A DNA stretch of 64,000 nt from a virus (lineage: Duplodnaviria; Caudoviricetes). Every line of letters starts with the position of its first letter. The first letter of the stretch is position 1. Shown in pieces: positions 48,975 to 59,472 of the stretch. Below the pieces are notes generated by a model. That model had not been told where the DNA came from and made no database searches. It was given only the letters and a program-made list of their open reading frames with translations. The position numbers and the translations under genes were made by a program. The DNA is taken from the IMG/VR virus record IMGVR_UViG_3300044695_006401; one strand, 5' to 3'.

Positions 48975-51647
48975 TTATTTTTTGTAATATGTATCTATAA
49001 AGTCTTTTATTGTGTTGTAAGTTCTTTCCGTATTCAAGTCTAAATTATTAAATTCAGGAGTAACCCACATAATTTCTTGTCCTTTAGGGAAACTATTATA
49101 AACACTTTCTGGTAATGAGTAGATATCTCTTTTTTGTAGAACTACTAAGTATTGTACATTATCACCATTTAAGACTATAGACCCTAAATCCACCCCTCGT
49201 GGGATTGATACTGATGTTATATCAATATTTGACACACCAAATATTGTGTTCATTTTTGTCAACAATTCACCCGCATTACCAGCGGCAACCATTTCTTTTT
49301 GTTTTTGTTTTACCATATTTAAGTAATCCTTGGGTAACTTTGGAACATATTTCATATTGTTTTTTACAAATTCTCCTTGTTCTTTATCGATAATTCCCTC
49401 TTTTACTAAGTCGTCTACTCGATTTTTAAAAATCGGTAGAGCAATTTGTTGAGTCTTAATTATTTGATCATAACCAACTTCTTCAACTCTCTCCTCCAAA
49501 CGATTGTTAGTCTTTTCAATTATCTTATCATTTTTCTTAATTATTTCTTGATTAGATTTCTCTCCTACTGCCGCTTTAGTTGCATCCACAATATTGTCAT
49601 ACTCACCAGGGTTGTCTTTATAATAACTAAGCCTGTTATAAAGTTGAATTATCGTGTTGTCCGCAAATCCTGGAACTGCGATTTGTAGTACGTCGGTCCA
49701 TTCATTACCTCCAGGTATTTTACCCATATATTGCTCAAACCCAAATTCTACAATTGACTTACCTGATATAAAATCGATATATTCGGGTAACCAGTAAGCC
49801 TCAAATAAATTTTTATCCTTGGTGTCCATCCCAACTACATTTCTCGCCTTTTGGAATGCGTCAAAAATAGCAGAGAGTAATCCGGCAACAAACGGAACTA
49901 AAATATATCTTAAACCAATAGTTTTTAATGTGTTGTAATAAATCGTCCTTCCTCTATATCCCTTTGTTGCCAATAATCTCTCAACCTCTCTAGGTGTCTT
50001 CCAAGATCCTGTCGTAAACCATGACAGTACTTTACTGTTCATAATAAACTCACCCATTTTGTCCTTAATAACTGTGGTAACTTCATTATTTTTTACGGTT
50101 TTGGACATGTCTTCGAATTTTTTACTAGTTTCTTCTGACATTTTTTTAAAGTCCATACCACCCTCATCGACAGATGCTTTATTAAAAAGGTCTCTAATAG
50201 ATGCTGATCTAAAACCCGGAGGTTGTTCATCAACCACTTTACAAAAACTTTGGAATGACTCTATATCTTGTTGGGTTGTAAGTTTCTTAACCGCGTTTTC
50301 TTTGAAAGCCTTCCACAAATCTTCTACAAAAAGTTCTCGACTATATTTTGCCGGATCCAAAATAATTTCAGATCGTAGTTTTAGTAATCTATCTTTTATT
50401 TTAAAAAGATAATATGGATCTAACTTTGTTGGGTTTTCACTAACATTTCTATATGCTGCCAATCCCTCTCCGAACGCCTTTTCAAATTCTTTAGCATATG
50501 TTTCAAATTTAGGTTTCAAGGTACTATTGATTACTGCATCAACTAATACTTCAAAATTTGCAACCCACCATCTAAATAATGGTCTAAAATATTTAACATA
50601 CCATGAATCAAAATTTACATTTTTCGCACTCAAAATTTTAAATGTGTTTCCTAATTCTTCCAATCTTTCTGATCTAATTACAAATTCAAGGGAGTCATCA
50701 AGATTTACATCAATCCCCTTTTTGAAATCATCAACATCTTTTATAAATTGTTTTTGTTGGTCGTTTAATTCATCCTGATTTTTTTGTAATAATTCTTCGT
50801 ATTTGCTTAAAAACTTTGCATCAACTCCTTGTCCACCAATGCTTTTAATAACCTCATCAGCGTTTAAACCTAAAGGGGCGTCCCCATATTTTACAGTTTT
50901 TGTTCTTTTTGGATAGTTGAATACTTGTTTGTTTTCAACCATATCATCTAGTAACTGTTTTGTTTTTGAAAAATTTCTTAAGAATTCTGATGTTTGTTGA
51001 AAAAGCAAGTTTGGATCCACTATCGACGGGTCAATTTTTCCCGTTTTTACATTGTGTTTAATTATGTAATTAATGTTATCGTCGATCAAATCAAATACTT
51101 CGTCAACATTATTTAACTTTTGTCCTGATGTGGATATTCCATATATCGCCTCGTAAAAAGTTTCATCTAATAGCGTATATAAACGATTCATTGGATGGTT
51201 TCTGTTACGAAGTAATGCTTTTACGGCATCTTCTGATATTTTCTTTATTTGATCGGGATTAAGTTTAATTTTGGAAAGTCCCGCCAATGATGTATTCGGA
51301 ACGGCATCGTCAGGGAATTTATTTGCCAAATCAGATAAAAAATCATCTGTAGTAGAAAGTATTTTTCTCACTTCGATGTCATTTCTTAAAACTTTCATCA
51401 GATTTTCAATTTCATCATCAGTAAGACCACCAGCTTCAATTAGTTTGAGTTGTATTTCATCTAATTCCGAATCAGTTATTTTAACGCCCTTTTGTCTTAC
51501 AGACTTTAATATTGTCATAAAACTATCAAACGATCTAGGTGCTTTGATTGCTAAAGTTTTTAACCAAGTTCCTTGTTCAACAATTAGTTTTTGAACACCC
51601 ATGAGTTCCTGTATTCTCGATATTTCAGATATGAGTTCTTTTTTCAT
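48975..51647 (-). CDS. large helical protein with LISEISRIQELM...LIVEQ leader
   Basis: 890 aa; one hydrophobic segment; TATTTAT 5 nt upstream. Confidence 0.8.
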   Translation of the reverse strand: MKKELISEISRIQELMGVQKLIVEQGTWLKTLAIKAPRSFDSFMTILKSVRQKGVKITDSELDEIQLKLIEAGGLTDDEIENLMKVLRNDIEVRKILSTTDDFLSDLANKFPDDAVPNTSLAGLSKIKLNPDQIKKISEDAVKALLRNRNHPMNRLYTLLDETFYEAIYGISTSGQKLNNVDEVFDLIDDNINYIIKHNVKTGKIDPSIVDPNLLFQQTSEFLRNFSKTKQLLDDMVENKQVFNYPKRTKTVKYGDAPLGLNADEVIKSIGGQGVDAKFLSKYEELLQKNQDELNDQQKQFIKDVDDFKKGIDVNLDDSLEFVIRSERLEELGNTFKILSAKNVNFDSWYVKYFRPLFRWWVANFEVLVDAVINSTLKPKFETYAKEFEKAFGEGLAAYRNVSENPTKLDPYYLFKIKDRLLKLRSEIILDPAKYSRELFVEDLWKAFKENAVKKLTTQQDIESFQSFCKVVDEQPPGFRSASIRDLFNKASVDEGGMDFKKMSEETSKKFEDMSKTVKNNEVTTVIKDKMGEFIMNSKVLSWFTTGSWKTPREVERLLATKGYRGRTIYYNTLKTIGLRYILVPFVAGLLSAIFDAFQKARNVVGMDTKDKNLFEAYWLPEYIDFISGKSIVEFGFEQYMGKIPGGNEWTDVLQIAVPGFADNTIIQLYNRLSYYKDNPGEYDNIVDATKAAVGEKSNQEIIKKNDKIIEKTNNRLEERVEEVGYDQIIKTQQIALPIFKNRVDDLVKEGIIDKEQGEFVKNNMKYVPKLPKDYLNMVKQKQKEMVAAGNAGELLTKMNTIFGVSNIDITSVSIPRGVDLGSIVLNGDNVQYLVVLQKRDIYSLPESVYNSFPKGQEIMWVTPEFNNLDLNTERTYNTIKDFIDTYYKK

Positions 51648-51688
51648 TTTATATAAATATACCCTAATTATTTAAATAATATAGTTTA

Positions 51689-53815
51689 TCAGTTCTTTAT
51701 CAAGGTGTCTGATTTTTTACTTACCATATTTAACATATTTTCATCAAACTCGAGGTCATTTAAATCATCGGTAATTTCTTTTATTTTTTTTCCTTTTTGT
51801 TTGTTTAATTCCTCCTGTACTTCTTCTTTAGTGACTTGACTTTCATTCTTCTTTTCCCACTCAAGTTGATTTTTTTCGATTTGAGAACTCGCTTGTTCTA
51901 TAGCTAATTTTATTGATTTTGAATCTAAAGAAATATTACCGTAATTATTTATTTTGTCAAATTTTTTGGAGTCTTCCAATAATGATTCTAATGTATCATT
52001 TCCACAAACACCGTCAGGATTCAATCCTCTATTTTTTTGATATTTTTTAATTACATTTTCAGTGTATTTATCATAATATCCCCATTTGAATGATGAATTA
52101 ACGGCACCCAAATTATATGCGGGAGACGACTTTTTCAAAGAAAATATTTTGAAGTTTCGTTTTGTATCGTCCGATAATGTAATATTAACTATATATACCC
52201 CTTCTTGTAATTTAGACATGTCAACAAGTATGTTAGTTTTTTCATCATTATTTTTTGATGCCATTTCTCTACCGTAAACACTATACACTTTGACACTACT
52301 TATTTCTTCAGCATTCTGAAAGTTCAAAATCATATTTTTACTATCGTAGCTATAGCTAGCAACTTTTTGATCACTTTTAATACCTAGTTTTTTTAGAACA
52401 TACTGAATAAAAACAACTTCATACATAAAAGTATTCTTAAAATTTTTCTCACTAAATGTAAGATTAGATTTTATTATTTGTTCCAATGACATGACAACAA
52501 TATCCTTTAAAGTACTAAGTTGTTTCTCTATGTCATCAATTAGTTTTTCTTTCTCTTCTGTATCGCATCTTTCAGCAAATCTTTGTGTTGCTCCGCCAAT
52601 TTTACCTAAGAGAGATAATATTTTATTTTCTGAACCTTCAAGGTCTTGTAGACTAAACGACCTACAAACTCCAAGACCACTTGCGATTGCGTCCCATGTC
52701 ATAAAACCACCTCCCATTACAAGACCTGCTTGTGTTAAAAAATTTGCAGGTAACAAAGATTTTTTTACTAAGTATAGTAAAAATTCTAAAAACTTTTCTA
52801 CATTTTTAGTTAGAGTCATTAGTGTTTTGGTTACTACATTTTTCATGGCAGTTTTAAGTGCCAATTTTACATAATAGTCTTGATTCTCAATAAATTCATT
52901 TAAAGCTTGTCTTTCTTGTGAACTTAACGATTCGGAACCGATCTTTCCTGCTTTCCATAAACCTAACTTTTCTAAAAACTTTTTGAACTTAGGTATGCCC
53001 ATATTCTTTAGGTATTTTGCCAAAAGAGTAAAACCAGGCACTAAAGCAAATACCATACCTAATCCTGCCATATATATATCACCATCTACCGTGGCATAAA
53101 TAGCAGCATCTAATAATTCGAGTGAAAACTCTACTAATCCATAACCTAAACTAGTTCCAATACCACCCGTCGCTATTGCAACTAATACCGCAGATACGGG
53201 TAACACAACATGTAAAAGTTCTCTTGTATATGGAGGTATCATTTGTTTGGCTATTGTTGTGGATGGGTCAAAAACTGATTCATAAGAATATTTTTCATAT
53301 GGATTAAATTTTTGAAGAATATTTTGATATTGTATTAACCATTTGTCATTTTTCTGATATTGTATTTCAGAAGCCATATTAACATCCCTATTAAGTTCTT
53401 GAAAAAATGGGTCTTGGGCAACACTAAACTCTTGTTGTTGTAAAAACTGAATTATTGTTAACCCTACCGATTCGGGAAAATTTTTGTGTATTAATTTTAA
53501 AAGTATGTCATACTGATTTTTGTTTTTTAAGGTTTTTAATGATTCTAGTAATCCGTCCTCATCTGTACCCCATTTCCAAAACTCAACCCAGTATGAATCT
53601 TTGTTTATTTCTTTTTTAATTTTTTCAAAAACTCTATATGCAACTGTCGTGTCTTTAGATGGTCTGTTAGTATCAATTAATGGTTGGAACTGCCCTTCTG
53701 AACCTAATCTATCACTTTTAACGGTTTGTTCCATTAAAGTCTTAGATCTATCAAAATTGATTAATGATAATTGTCTAAGTAGTTCAATATTTAGTGATAA
53801 ATCTTTGTCCATCAT
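51689..53815 (-). CDS. multi-domain protein: leader, hydrophobic helices, PG-binding domain split by T9SS-CTD-like insert
   Basis: Start at 53815 by ATGA overlap; EVVFIQYVLKKLG ... T..VIKKYQKNRGL.PDGVCG..TL. Confidence 0.75.
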   Translation of the reverse strand: MMDKDLSLNIELLRQLSLINFDRSKTLMEQTVKSDRLGSEGQFQPLIDTNRPSKDTTVAYRVFEKIKKEINKDSYWVEFWKWGTDEDGLLESLKTLKNKNQYDILLKLIHKNFPESVGLTIIQFLQQQEFSVAQDPFFQELNRDVNMASEIQYQKNDKWLIQYQNILQKFNPYEKYSYESVFDPSTTIAKQMIPPYTRELLHVVLPVSAVLVAIATGGIGTSLGYGLVEFSLELLDAAIYATVDGDIYMAGLGMVFALVPGFTLLAKYLKNMGIPKFKKFLEKLGLWKAGKIGSESLSSQERQALNEFIENQDYYVKLALKTAMKNVVTKTLMTLTKNVEKFLEFLLYLVKKSLLPANFLTQAGLVMGGGFMTWDAIASGLGVCRSFSLQDLEGSENKILSLLGKIGGATQRFAERCDTEEKEKLIDDIEKQLSTLKDIVVMSLEQIIKSNLTFSEKNFKNTFMYEVVFIQYVLKKLGIKSDQKVASYSYDSKNMILNFQNAEEISSVKVYSVYGREMASKNNDEKTNILVDMSKLQEGVYIVNITLSDDTKRNFKIFSLKKSSPAYNLGAVNSSFKWGYYDKYTENVIKKYQKNRGLNPDGVCGNDTLESLLEDSKKFDKINNYGNISLDSKSIKLAIEQASSQIEKNQLEWEKKNESQVTKEEVQEELNKQKGKKIKEITDDLNDLEFDENMLNMVSKKSDTLIKN

Positions 53816-54261
53816 GATGCGTATTTTCCTGTTGGTCCGTAACCTCTTCCTGAAGTCCATTTATAACCCGTACCTTGGTAAGTCGGACCTTTAGTTCTCC
53901 CACTATCCCAAACAGTGTTCCCGACAGGGTTTCCCTTAGATCTATTGACTCCACTTTCCCACTTACTTACAGTACCTCCCCCTGAAGATGCGGTATCAGT
54001 AGTGGTATCTGTGGTAGTATCTGTTGTAGTTGCAGTTTCTTCACCCTCTTCTTTGATTTCACCTTCACCCATCCCATCAGAATCATAACTATCCATTTCT
54101 TTGTCCATTTCTGGATTTACACCATATTGTGATGGTCCTGTTTGTCTTGGGTCTTGGTCGTCCGCATAGTCACCATACGGATCTTTTGTAAACTCCGTTG
54201 ATCCTTCTAAGATATTCATCAAATTTTTGATGCGTGATATGCTCTCTTGTAAATTTTTCAT
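53812..54261 (-). CDS. hypothetical protein with LQESISRIKNLM leader and WxSG repeats
   Basis: KWESG/VWDSG/KWTSG in C-terminus; TTTD repeats. Confidence 0.75.
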   Translation of the reverse strand: MKNLQESISRIKNLMNILEGSTEFTKDPYGDYADDQDPRQTGPSQYGVNPEMDKEMDSYDSDGMGEGEIKEEGEETATTTDTTTDTTTDTASSGGGTVSKWESGVNRSKGNPVGNTVWDSGRTKGPTYQGTGYKWTSGRGYGPTGKYAS

Positions 54262-54298
54262 TTACTAATAAATACTTTAACAATAAGAAAAATAAGAT

Positions 54299-55636
54299 TT
54301 ATCCTTTGTATTGTAAATGGAAGTGAGGACCTGTGGAAGCATCCGAGGGGTCATTATATTCGTCAATATAACCGAATCCAGAATATTGACCTTTATAATT
54401 ATTCAATAGATTTATAAATTGGCGATGATAACCCCCATCCAAAGTAACATCTAAAGCCTTACCCATAGAGTGTAGACTAGTATAATTTAATCCATGATGG
54501 AATTTATCATTTCCAGATGTCACAACTAAATTTGCGTTAGGAACCATTTTTTTAAATTCCTGAAATAGTGATGTTACAATACCTAAAAACTTAGGATCAA
54601 CATTTCCTCCACTATCTATATCTGCACCACCACCCTTTAGTTGTACGCCAATATTAGACATTTCTTGTTTGAAATCCGAAACGGACCTGTTAATCATCTC
54701 GAATTCATCTTCAGGTTCAACATCTTTTAATATTTTACTTAAAAACTTACTCAAGTCATCCTCATCAAATCCATGAACTCTTAATTCATAAATTAATTCC
54801 TCTAAAGTGTCATTATCAGATATACCTGTTGGTTGAATTGTATTATCCATTTGGAACTTTTTTACCGCCTTTTCTGTTTCTTCATCGTAAAACCCATTTT
54901 CGGTCAAGTCCCCATACCCTAAGAATGATAATGCTATTTTAATAATCCTAACATCATCAATATCACTAAACCTGTCATCAATACTGTAACTATTTTTTGA
55001 TTTAACAATTAAATCGAAGTTATCTAAAAACTCATATATCGTGTCGTAATCTGTTTCGTCATTAATATTAAGGTTTTGGTTTTTCTGTAAAATTTCTTTT
55101 TGATCTTCATTTTCAAATTCAAATCCACCATCGTTAATAAAATTATCAACAACCCCTCTTAGGTTTCTTATAACTTTACTACCCTTTGAAAGTACCTCAT
55201 CCCCAAAAGAAAAGTAGTTACCGACAACATTTACTTTGTCTTTTTCTAACATCTGATGAAATATGATTTCATCATCACCAATTTTGTCCCATTGTTCGTC
55301 ATCAAAGTCATATTCATCGATATCAATATATCCTTTCATCAAATAAAGTTCAGCATTAGGAAATACTCTTGAAAGTTCATTAACTAATGCCGATATGCTC
55401 GTATTTGGGTCAAATAAATCGTTTGACCCAACAGAAAAAAACAAAGTATCAACAAATGGATATGGTTCTTGTCTAGTAAGTTGCATCAATAATAGATTGA
55501 CATCGATGTTTGGATCTATAAGGTCTATTGGTCTAAATAAATCTGAATTATCCAACAAGTAGGCAATTTCATCACCGATTACTGCAACATTTGGTTCGTT
55601 AACAAAATCCTCTTGTAAATTAAAAATCTTTTTCAT
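54299..55636 (-). CDS. SGNH-like + PG-binding + M15/Hedgehog-like Zn peptidase
   Basis: IGDEI, VGSND; AVKKFQ....I..TG..D..T; TSG, SLHSMGKALD, HFH. Confidence 0.72.
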   Translation of the reverse strand: MKKIFNLQEDFVNEPNVAVIGDEIAYLLDNSDLFRPIDLIDPNIDVNLLLMQLTRQEPYPFVDTLFFSVGSNDLFDPNTSISALVNELSRVFPNAELYLMKGYIDIDEYDFDDEQWDKIGDDEIIFHQMLEKDKVNVVGNYFSFGDEVLSKGSKVIRNLRGVVDNFINDGGFEFENEDQKEILQKNQNLNINDETDYDTIYEFLDNFDLIVKSKNSYSIDDRFSDIDDVRIIKIALSFLGYGDLTENGFYDEETEKAVKKFQMDNTIQPTGISDNDTLEELIYELRVHGFDEDDLSKFLSKILKDVEPEDEFEMINRSVSDFKQEMSNIGVQLKGGGADIDSGGNVDPKFLGIVTSLFQEFKKMVPNANLVVTSGNDKFHHGLNYTSLHSMGKALDVTLDGGYHRQFINLLNNYKGQYSGFGYIDEYNDPSDASTGPHFHLQYKG

Positions 55637-55938
55637 TTGATTTGTGTTTTAGGTAGTTTGTCGGGATACACAACATAATATTCATTCAAAAATGTCAATA
55701 AGTCATCTTCGTTATTAATATAATCATATTCATCATTATCCCATTCGTCCTCCTCGTCGATTATTGATTCAAAAATATCAAAGTCTTTACTGTTGTCAAA
55801 ACCAAACTCTTCAAAAAAAGAATATTCGATAATATCTTCTCTTACATTATCTTCAGAGTCGCCTAATAACCTAAACTCAATGTTTATTATATTTTGAGTT
55901 TTGTCAACATAATGTGATATAACTTCAATTACTTCCAT
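55633..55938 (-). CDS. hypothetical acidic protein
   Basis: 101 aa, coupled overlaps. Confidence 0.7.
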   Translation of the reverse strand: MEVIEVISHYVDKTQNIINIEFRLLGDSEDNVREDIIEYSFFEEFGFDNSKDFDIFESIIDEEDEWDNDEYDYINNEDDLLTFLNEYYVVYPDKLPKTQIK

Positions 55939-56432
55939 TAATTGTATTTTTGAAATCTTTTGAACATATCTAATGATTTATATACATTCTCCTCAATTTG
56001 ATCTCTTTGTTGTTGTAAATCTTCATCCTTATTAAGTAAATCATCTAAATTAGATTCTTCGTAAACTTCTTCCTCCACTTCATATTCATAAACATCCGAA
56101 GGTCCCTTTGATTCAAAATCATAAGGTCTTTTACCCATACCCATTTGTGTCATAGATTGTTGTGGACCTTTAGAGTCAAAGTCATACGCCGGTGTAATCT
56201 CATCATAGTTGAGTGGTTTTGCTGTAATCTCATTAATATTATGATTTCTGTAGTTCCCAACCTCACCTCTAGAATTAACAGTAATTCCTTCTTTATCACC
56301 AGTGGCGTCGTAAACCCTCAATGGAGTCATATTAGATGGAATATTACCTACCGCATAACCATTATATAATTCACTGTGTTTTTTTAATATTTCTTGTCTT
56401 TCATCATTAGACATTATTGAATATCCTCTCAT
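55938..56432 (-). CDS. hypothetical protein with internal YDF.SKGP repeat
   Basis: 164 aa. Confidence 0.7.
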   Translation of the reverse strand: MRGYSIMSNDERQEILKKHSELYNGYAVGNIPSNMTPLRVYDATGDKEGITVNSRGEVGNYRNHNINEITAKPLNYDEITPAYDFDSKGPQQSMTQMGMGKRPYDFESKGPSDVYEYEVEEEVYEESNLDDLLNKDEDLQQQRDQIEENVYKSLDMFKRFQKYN

Positions 56433-57112
56433 TCTATTTCTTTATTTAAAAATTTATTACCTCCAAACATCCAAAATTGTTTAGCCGTTGTTGCCAAACG
56501 ACCCATAGTTCTTTGAACCCTCGGAATACTTATTTCTTCGTTTTTTTTCTCAAGATATTTTAAGGATGCCCTTACAAACAAATCATAAATGTCTTGGGAT
56601 CGACCAACAAGTTTATCTATAAGTATCTGCTTATCTTCATCAGGAGTTCTGTGGTAACTTTGTAATTTGAAAAAATCTTTTATATAGTCAGGACCCATTA
56701 ATAAAAACTTACCACCTTCCGTAGCCATATTGTGTGAACCGATTCTTCTTTCAAGCTCCAAAAACTTATATATCTCATCTAAATCTCTTGTTGAAAAACA
56801 TGCTAAAAAATCACCTTTAGCCATTAGGTCATCAAGATTTTTAAAATTAATTTCTTGTATGTCTTCCTTTTTTTCTTCTTCATCCATTAACCACCCATCA
56901 ACATCGGGTAATAATGAAAGAGTACTGATTACTTTACCATCATTATCAAACCAATTCACTCGGTATTGGTAATCAACGGAACCACCGAAAGAAGGTATTT
57001 TTTCTACTTTTATAACTTCACCTTTAGTTCCGGGACCAACATCCTCCCCATCCATATGGACAAGAATGATTTTATCACCGGTGTCAAGTTTAGGGTTTAA
57101 TCCTTTTTTCAT
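56429..57112 (-). CDS. hypothetical protein, N-terminal DUF4314-like (SH3-like) domain
   Basis: GD.I.L.HM......PGTKG.V..V......V.W......L.L.P..D.W. Confidence 0.6.
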   Translation of the reverse strand: MKKGLNPKLDTGDKIILVHMDGEDVGPGTKGEVIKVEKIPSFGGSVDYQYRVNWFDNDGKVISTLSLLPDVDGWLMDEEEKKEDIQEINFKNLDDLMAKGDFLACFSTRDLDEIYKFLELERRIGSHNMATEGGKFLLMGPDYIKDFFKLQSYHRTPDEDKQILIDKLVGRSQDIYDLFVRASLKYLEKKNEEISIPRVQRTMGRLATTAKQFWMFGGNKFLNKEIE

Positions 57113-57132
57113 ATCTATAAATAGTATATAAA

Positions 57133-57164
57133 AACAAAACCCAATCGTATGATCAGGTTTTGTT
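57133..57164 (-). terminator. possible intrinsic terminator
   Basis: aacaaaacc/ggttttgtt stem, 14-nt loop. Confidence 0.4.
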
Positions 57165-57168
57165 AAAA

Positions 57169-57789
57169 TTAGTGTCCGTTAAATTTTAATCCTTCATTAG
57201 GTCCTGTTCCTGTCACAACAACTGTAGATACCATAGAACCCTTAATCATCACATCAATGGCAATATACTTGTAGTCTCTATCTTCCAAAATCTTTTTGTG
57301 TGGTGGAGAATTTAAAAAAGACTCTAAAACTTTTTTTGCCTGAACCTCATTAGATGGTCTAACCCCTCCACTATTTATTACCTCACCAATAGGTCCAAAG
57401 TCTTTATTCGTATTGTAGTATCTGATTCTATCTGCAAAGTTTGGAATTAACTGTGTTTTACCCTTGTATTCAAAAGTTGATCCGTCACTAGTGGTGCTTT
57501 TTTGTGGTTCCCCGTGACTAATAAAATACTTTTCTTGTTTGAAAGACTTATCTTGATTTTGTGGTTTATTTACCCAAACCATATCAAACAAATAATTGTT
57601 ATGATGCTCACACGCAAGACTTGCATTTTTATTTATTGTTAAATCAACAACAGAGTCACCATACAAAGTCTTTCTGTGTTCGTTCAGATATTTTAAAAAA
57701 TAAAACTCAACACTATCTGAAAAAATAGTTGTTTGTGTATAACCAAAAGTGTAAATAAAAAAAGATAAAAAAACTAATAGACTTTTCAT
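57169..57789 (-). CDS. secreted CAP/SCP domain protein
   Basis: Signal MKSLLVFLSFFIYTFGYT|Q; YLNEHR, AC..H, GEVI, FLNSP.H..IL; host-type TATATTTG upstream (57809-16). Confidence 0.8.
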   Translation of the reverse strand: MKSLLVFLSFFIYTFGYTQTTIFSDSVEFYFLKYLNEHRKTLYGDSVVDLTINKNASLACEHHNNYLFDMVWVNKPQNQDKSFKQEKYFISHGEPQKSTTSDGSTFEYKGKTQLIPNFADRIRYYNTNKDFGPIGEVINSGGVRPSNEVQAKKVLESFLNSPPHKKILEDRDYKYIAIDVMIKGSMVSTVVVTGTGPNEGLKFNGH

Positions 57790-57860
57790 GTGGAGGTGGT
57801 TTATACCACAAATATATACATTTTTTTATTTTTAAAGATATTTATTTTAAAATATTTTAA

Positions 57861-59441
57861 ATGGAAAATGAAAAAAAAATATTAGAAGAAATCAAAAGGT
57901 TTTCTTTTATGACAAATTACGACCCAAGTAAAGTAATTAATGAACAAGAAACAGAGAGAAGAGGTTTTAATATAGGTGCAGATCTTTTTGGTAACGAATT
58001 CAACATGAGAGGAATTCAAAGAAGTCCAACTAAAATTGGTTTAGGTTTTGAATACGATAAAGAACTAGATAAAGAACTGACGACCGCAGGTGATGTATAT
58101 TCTAAAATGTCTGCAGAAATACAAGATGGGGATTATCAAAAACTACCAGCAGAAACTAAAAATATGTTTGCAGAAGGTTTTTATAATGCAATAGAAGCGG
58201 TTATCAACGGACAGAAAGTTAATAAGGAAGATAAAGAAAGTGTAAAAAAACTAAGAAAGTTTTTTAAAAAATCACAAAGATGGTCCTTTTCTGTTATAGA
58301 ACCCGAAGATGTTGGGGTAGTTAAGTTAAGTGTGACATCGAAAGGCGATTTATCAACATTAGAGGGTCTTAATCAAGTAATGAATCAAGAAGTCTTTAAC
58401 CTTAATGAGGCGAATTCTAAAGAAGGTACTATATTATCAAAACAAGGTTCATATTTTTATTACGATAAAAAAGAGGGTGATGTCTCATCAAATGTAATTA
58501 ATAAACCTATACTATCATCATTATTTGCGAGAGCATCTAAACCATTAACTATTAAGGAACTGTCACCTGACGAAAAATACACGACCGTTGGTGGTTTTGA
58601 AATTGTTGTTCCTAAAATCCCTGGAAAGTATGTTGCTGGTTCTTCTGACCCCCAAATGTTCCTCCCAAACATGATGAAAACAATTTTGGATATAGTTTAT
58701 AAAACATCAGTATCATTTAGTGATGGTGATCCGGCAATTACAGTTAAAGAAATGATCGAATGTGGTGATGGTAACTGTGATAGCACATATACAATTAATG
58801 TGACTAGTGCATCAATATTGTCTTCAGCAAGTAACACTTGGGTTAGAGATGAAATATTAGATTATACTCATGAAAATAATGGCACCAAAGTCAAAGATAT
58901 TGGTAGTTTAGATCGTAAAGGAAATAATATTAAAAACTTTAAATTAGCGAAAGAAAGGGGTAATAAGTTAATTCAGGCGGTTCTTACTGACATCGCAAAA
59001 ACACCAGGAATTAAATTATCACAGTCTTTTGATTGGTCGAGTGATATCGAGACGGAAATTCGTATCACAAATACAGGTGGAAAAGTAGACGAAACAAAAA
59101 CATCTGAATTTCCGAATCCCGGTCAATATTCTGAAATATTAATAGATTTTTCGGTTACAAAAACAAAACAAAGGACTAGAGCATCAGTGAACCAACTTAA
59201 AGGTGAAATAACACAGAAAATTATCGTACTGAAATATACAGGACGCAAAGGTGGTGGTTTTGATATAGATTTTTCTTTAATTCCAGGAAGTAAAGAAAAA
59301 TCAATGTACTTAAGAAAAGGATTATTCGGTGGTCGTAAGTGGCTTTCACAAAACACAACAGATCGAAGACTCTCTAATATGTACAAAAAAAGAGATAAGG
59401 CGTTTGAAAGAAAAAGAAAGGCAAATAACCCAAACAGATAA
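57861..59441 (+). CDS. hypothetical protein with ILEEIKRF...VINEQ leader; possible OmpA-like motif
   Basis: 526 aa; N.KLAKERG..L recalls the OmpA-C N..LS..RA motif (weak). Confidence 0.75.
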   Translation: MENEKKILEEIKRFSFMTNYDPSKVINEQETERRGFNIGADLFGNEFNMRGIQRSPTKIGLGFEYDKELDKELTTAGDVYSKMSAEIQDGDYQKLPAETKNMFAEGFYNAIEAVINGQKVNKEDKESVKKLRKFFKKSQRWSFSVIEPEDVGVVKLSVTSKGDLSTLEGLNQVMNQEVFNLNEANSKEGTILSKQGSYFYYDKKEGDVSSNVINKPILSSLFARASKPLTIKELSPDEKYTTVGGFEIVVPKIPGKYVAGSSDPQMFLPNMMKTILDIVYKTSVSFSDGDPAITVKEMIECGDGNCDSTYTINVTSASILSSASNTWVRDEILDYTHENNGTKVKDIGSLDRKGNNIKNFKLAKERGNKLIQAVLTDIAKTPGIKLSQSFDWSSDIETEIRITNTGGKVDETKTSEFPNPGQYSEILIDFSVTKTKQRTRASVNQLKGEITQKIIVLKYTGRKGGGFDIDFSLIPGSKEKSMYLRKGLFGGRKWLSQNTTDRRLSNMYKKRDKAFERKRKANNPNR

Positions 59442-59442
59442 T

Positions 59443-59472
59443 AAAAAACCCAACCGAAGTTGGGTTTTTTTT
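59443..59472. terminator. bidirectional intrinsic terminator
   Basis: aaaaaacccaac-cgaa-gttgggtttttt. Confidence 0.88.

Noticed and set aside
51689-53860. ORF-track start at 53860 (and 17345 for the PT-linker gene)
   Set aside because: Long overlaps with upstream genes; ATGA/TAATG-coupled starts at 53815 and 17318 are more plausible.
57790-57810. GGAGGT plus a small hairpin near the CAP gene start
   Set aside because: SD-like sequence is on the non-coding strand with no plus-strand start at suitable distance; likely chance.
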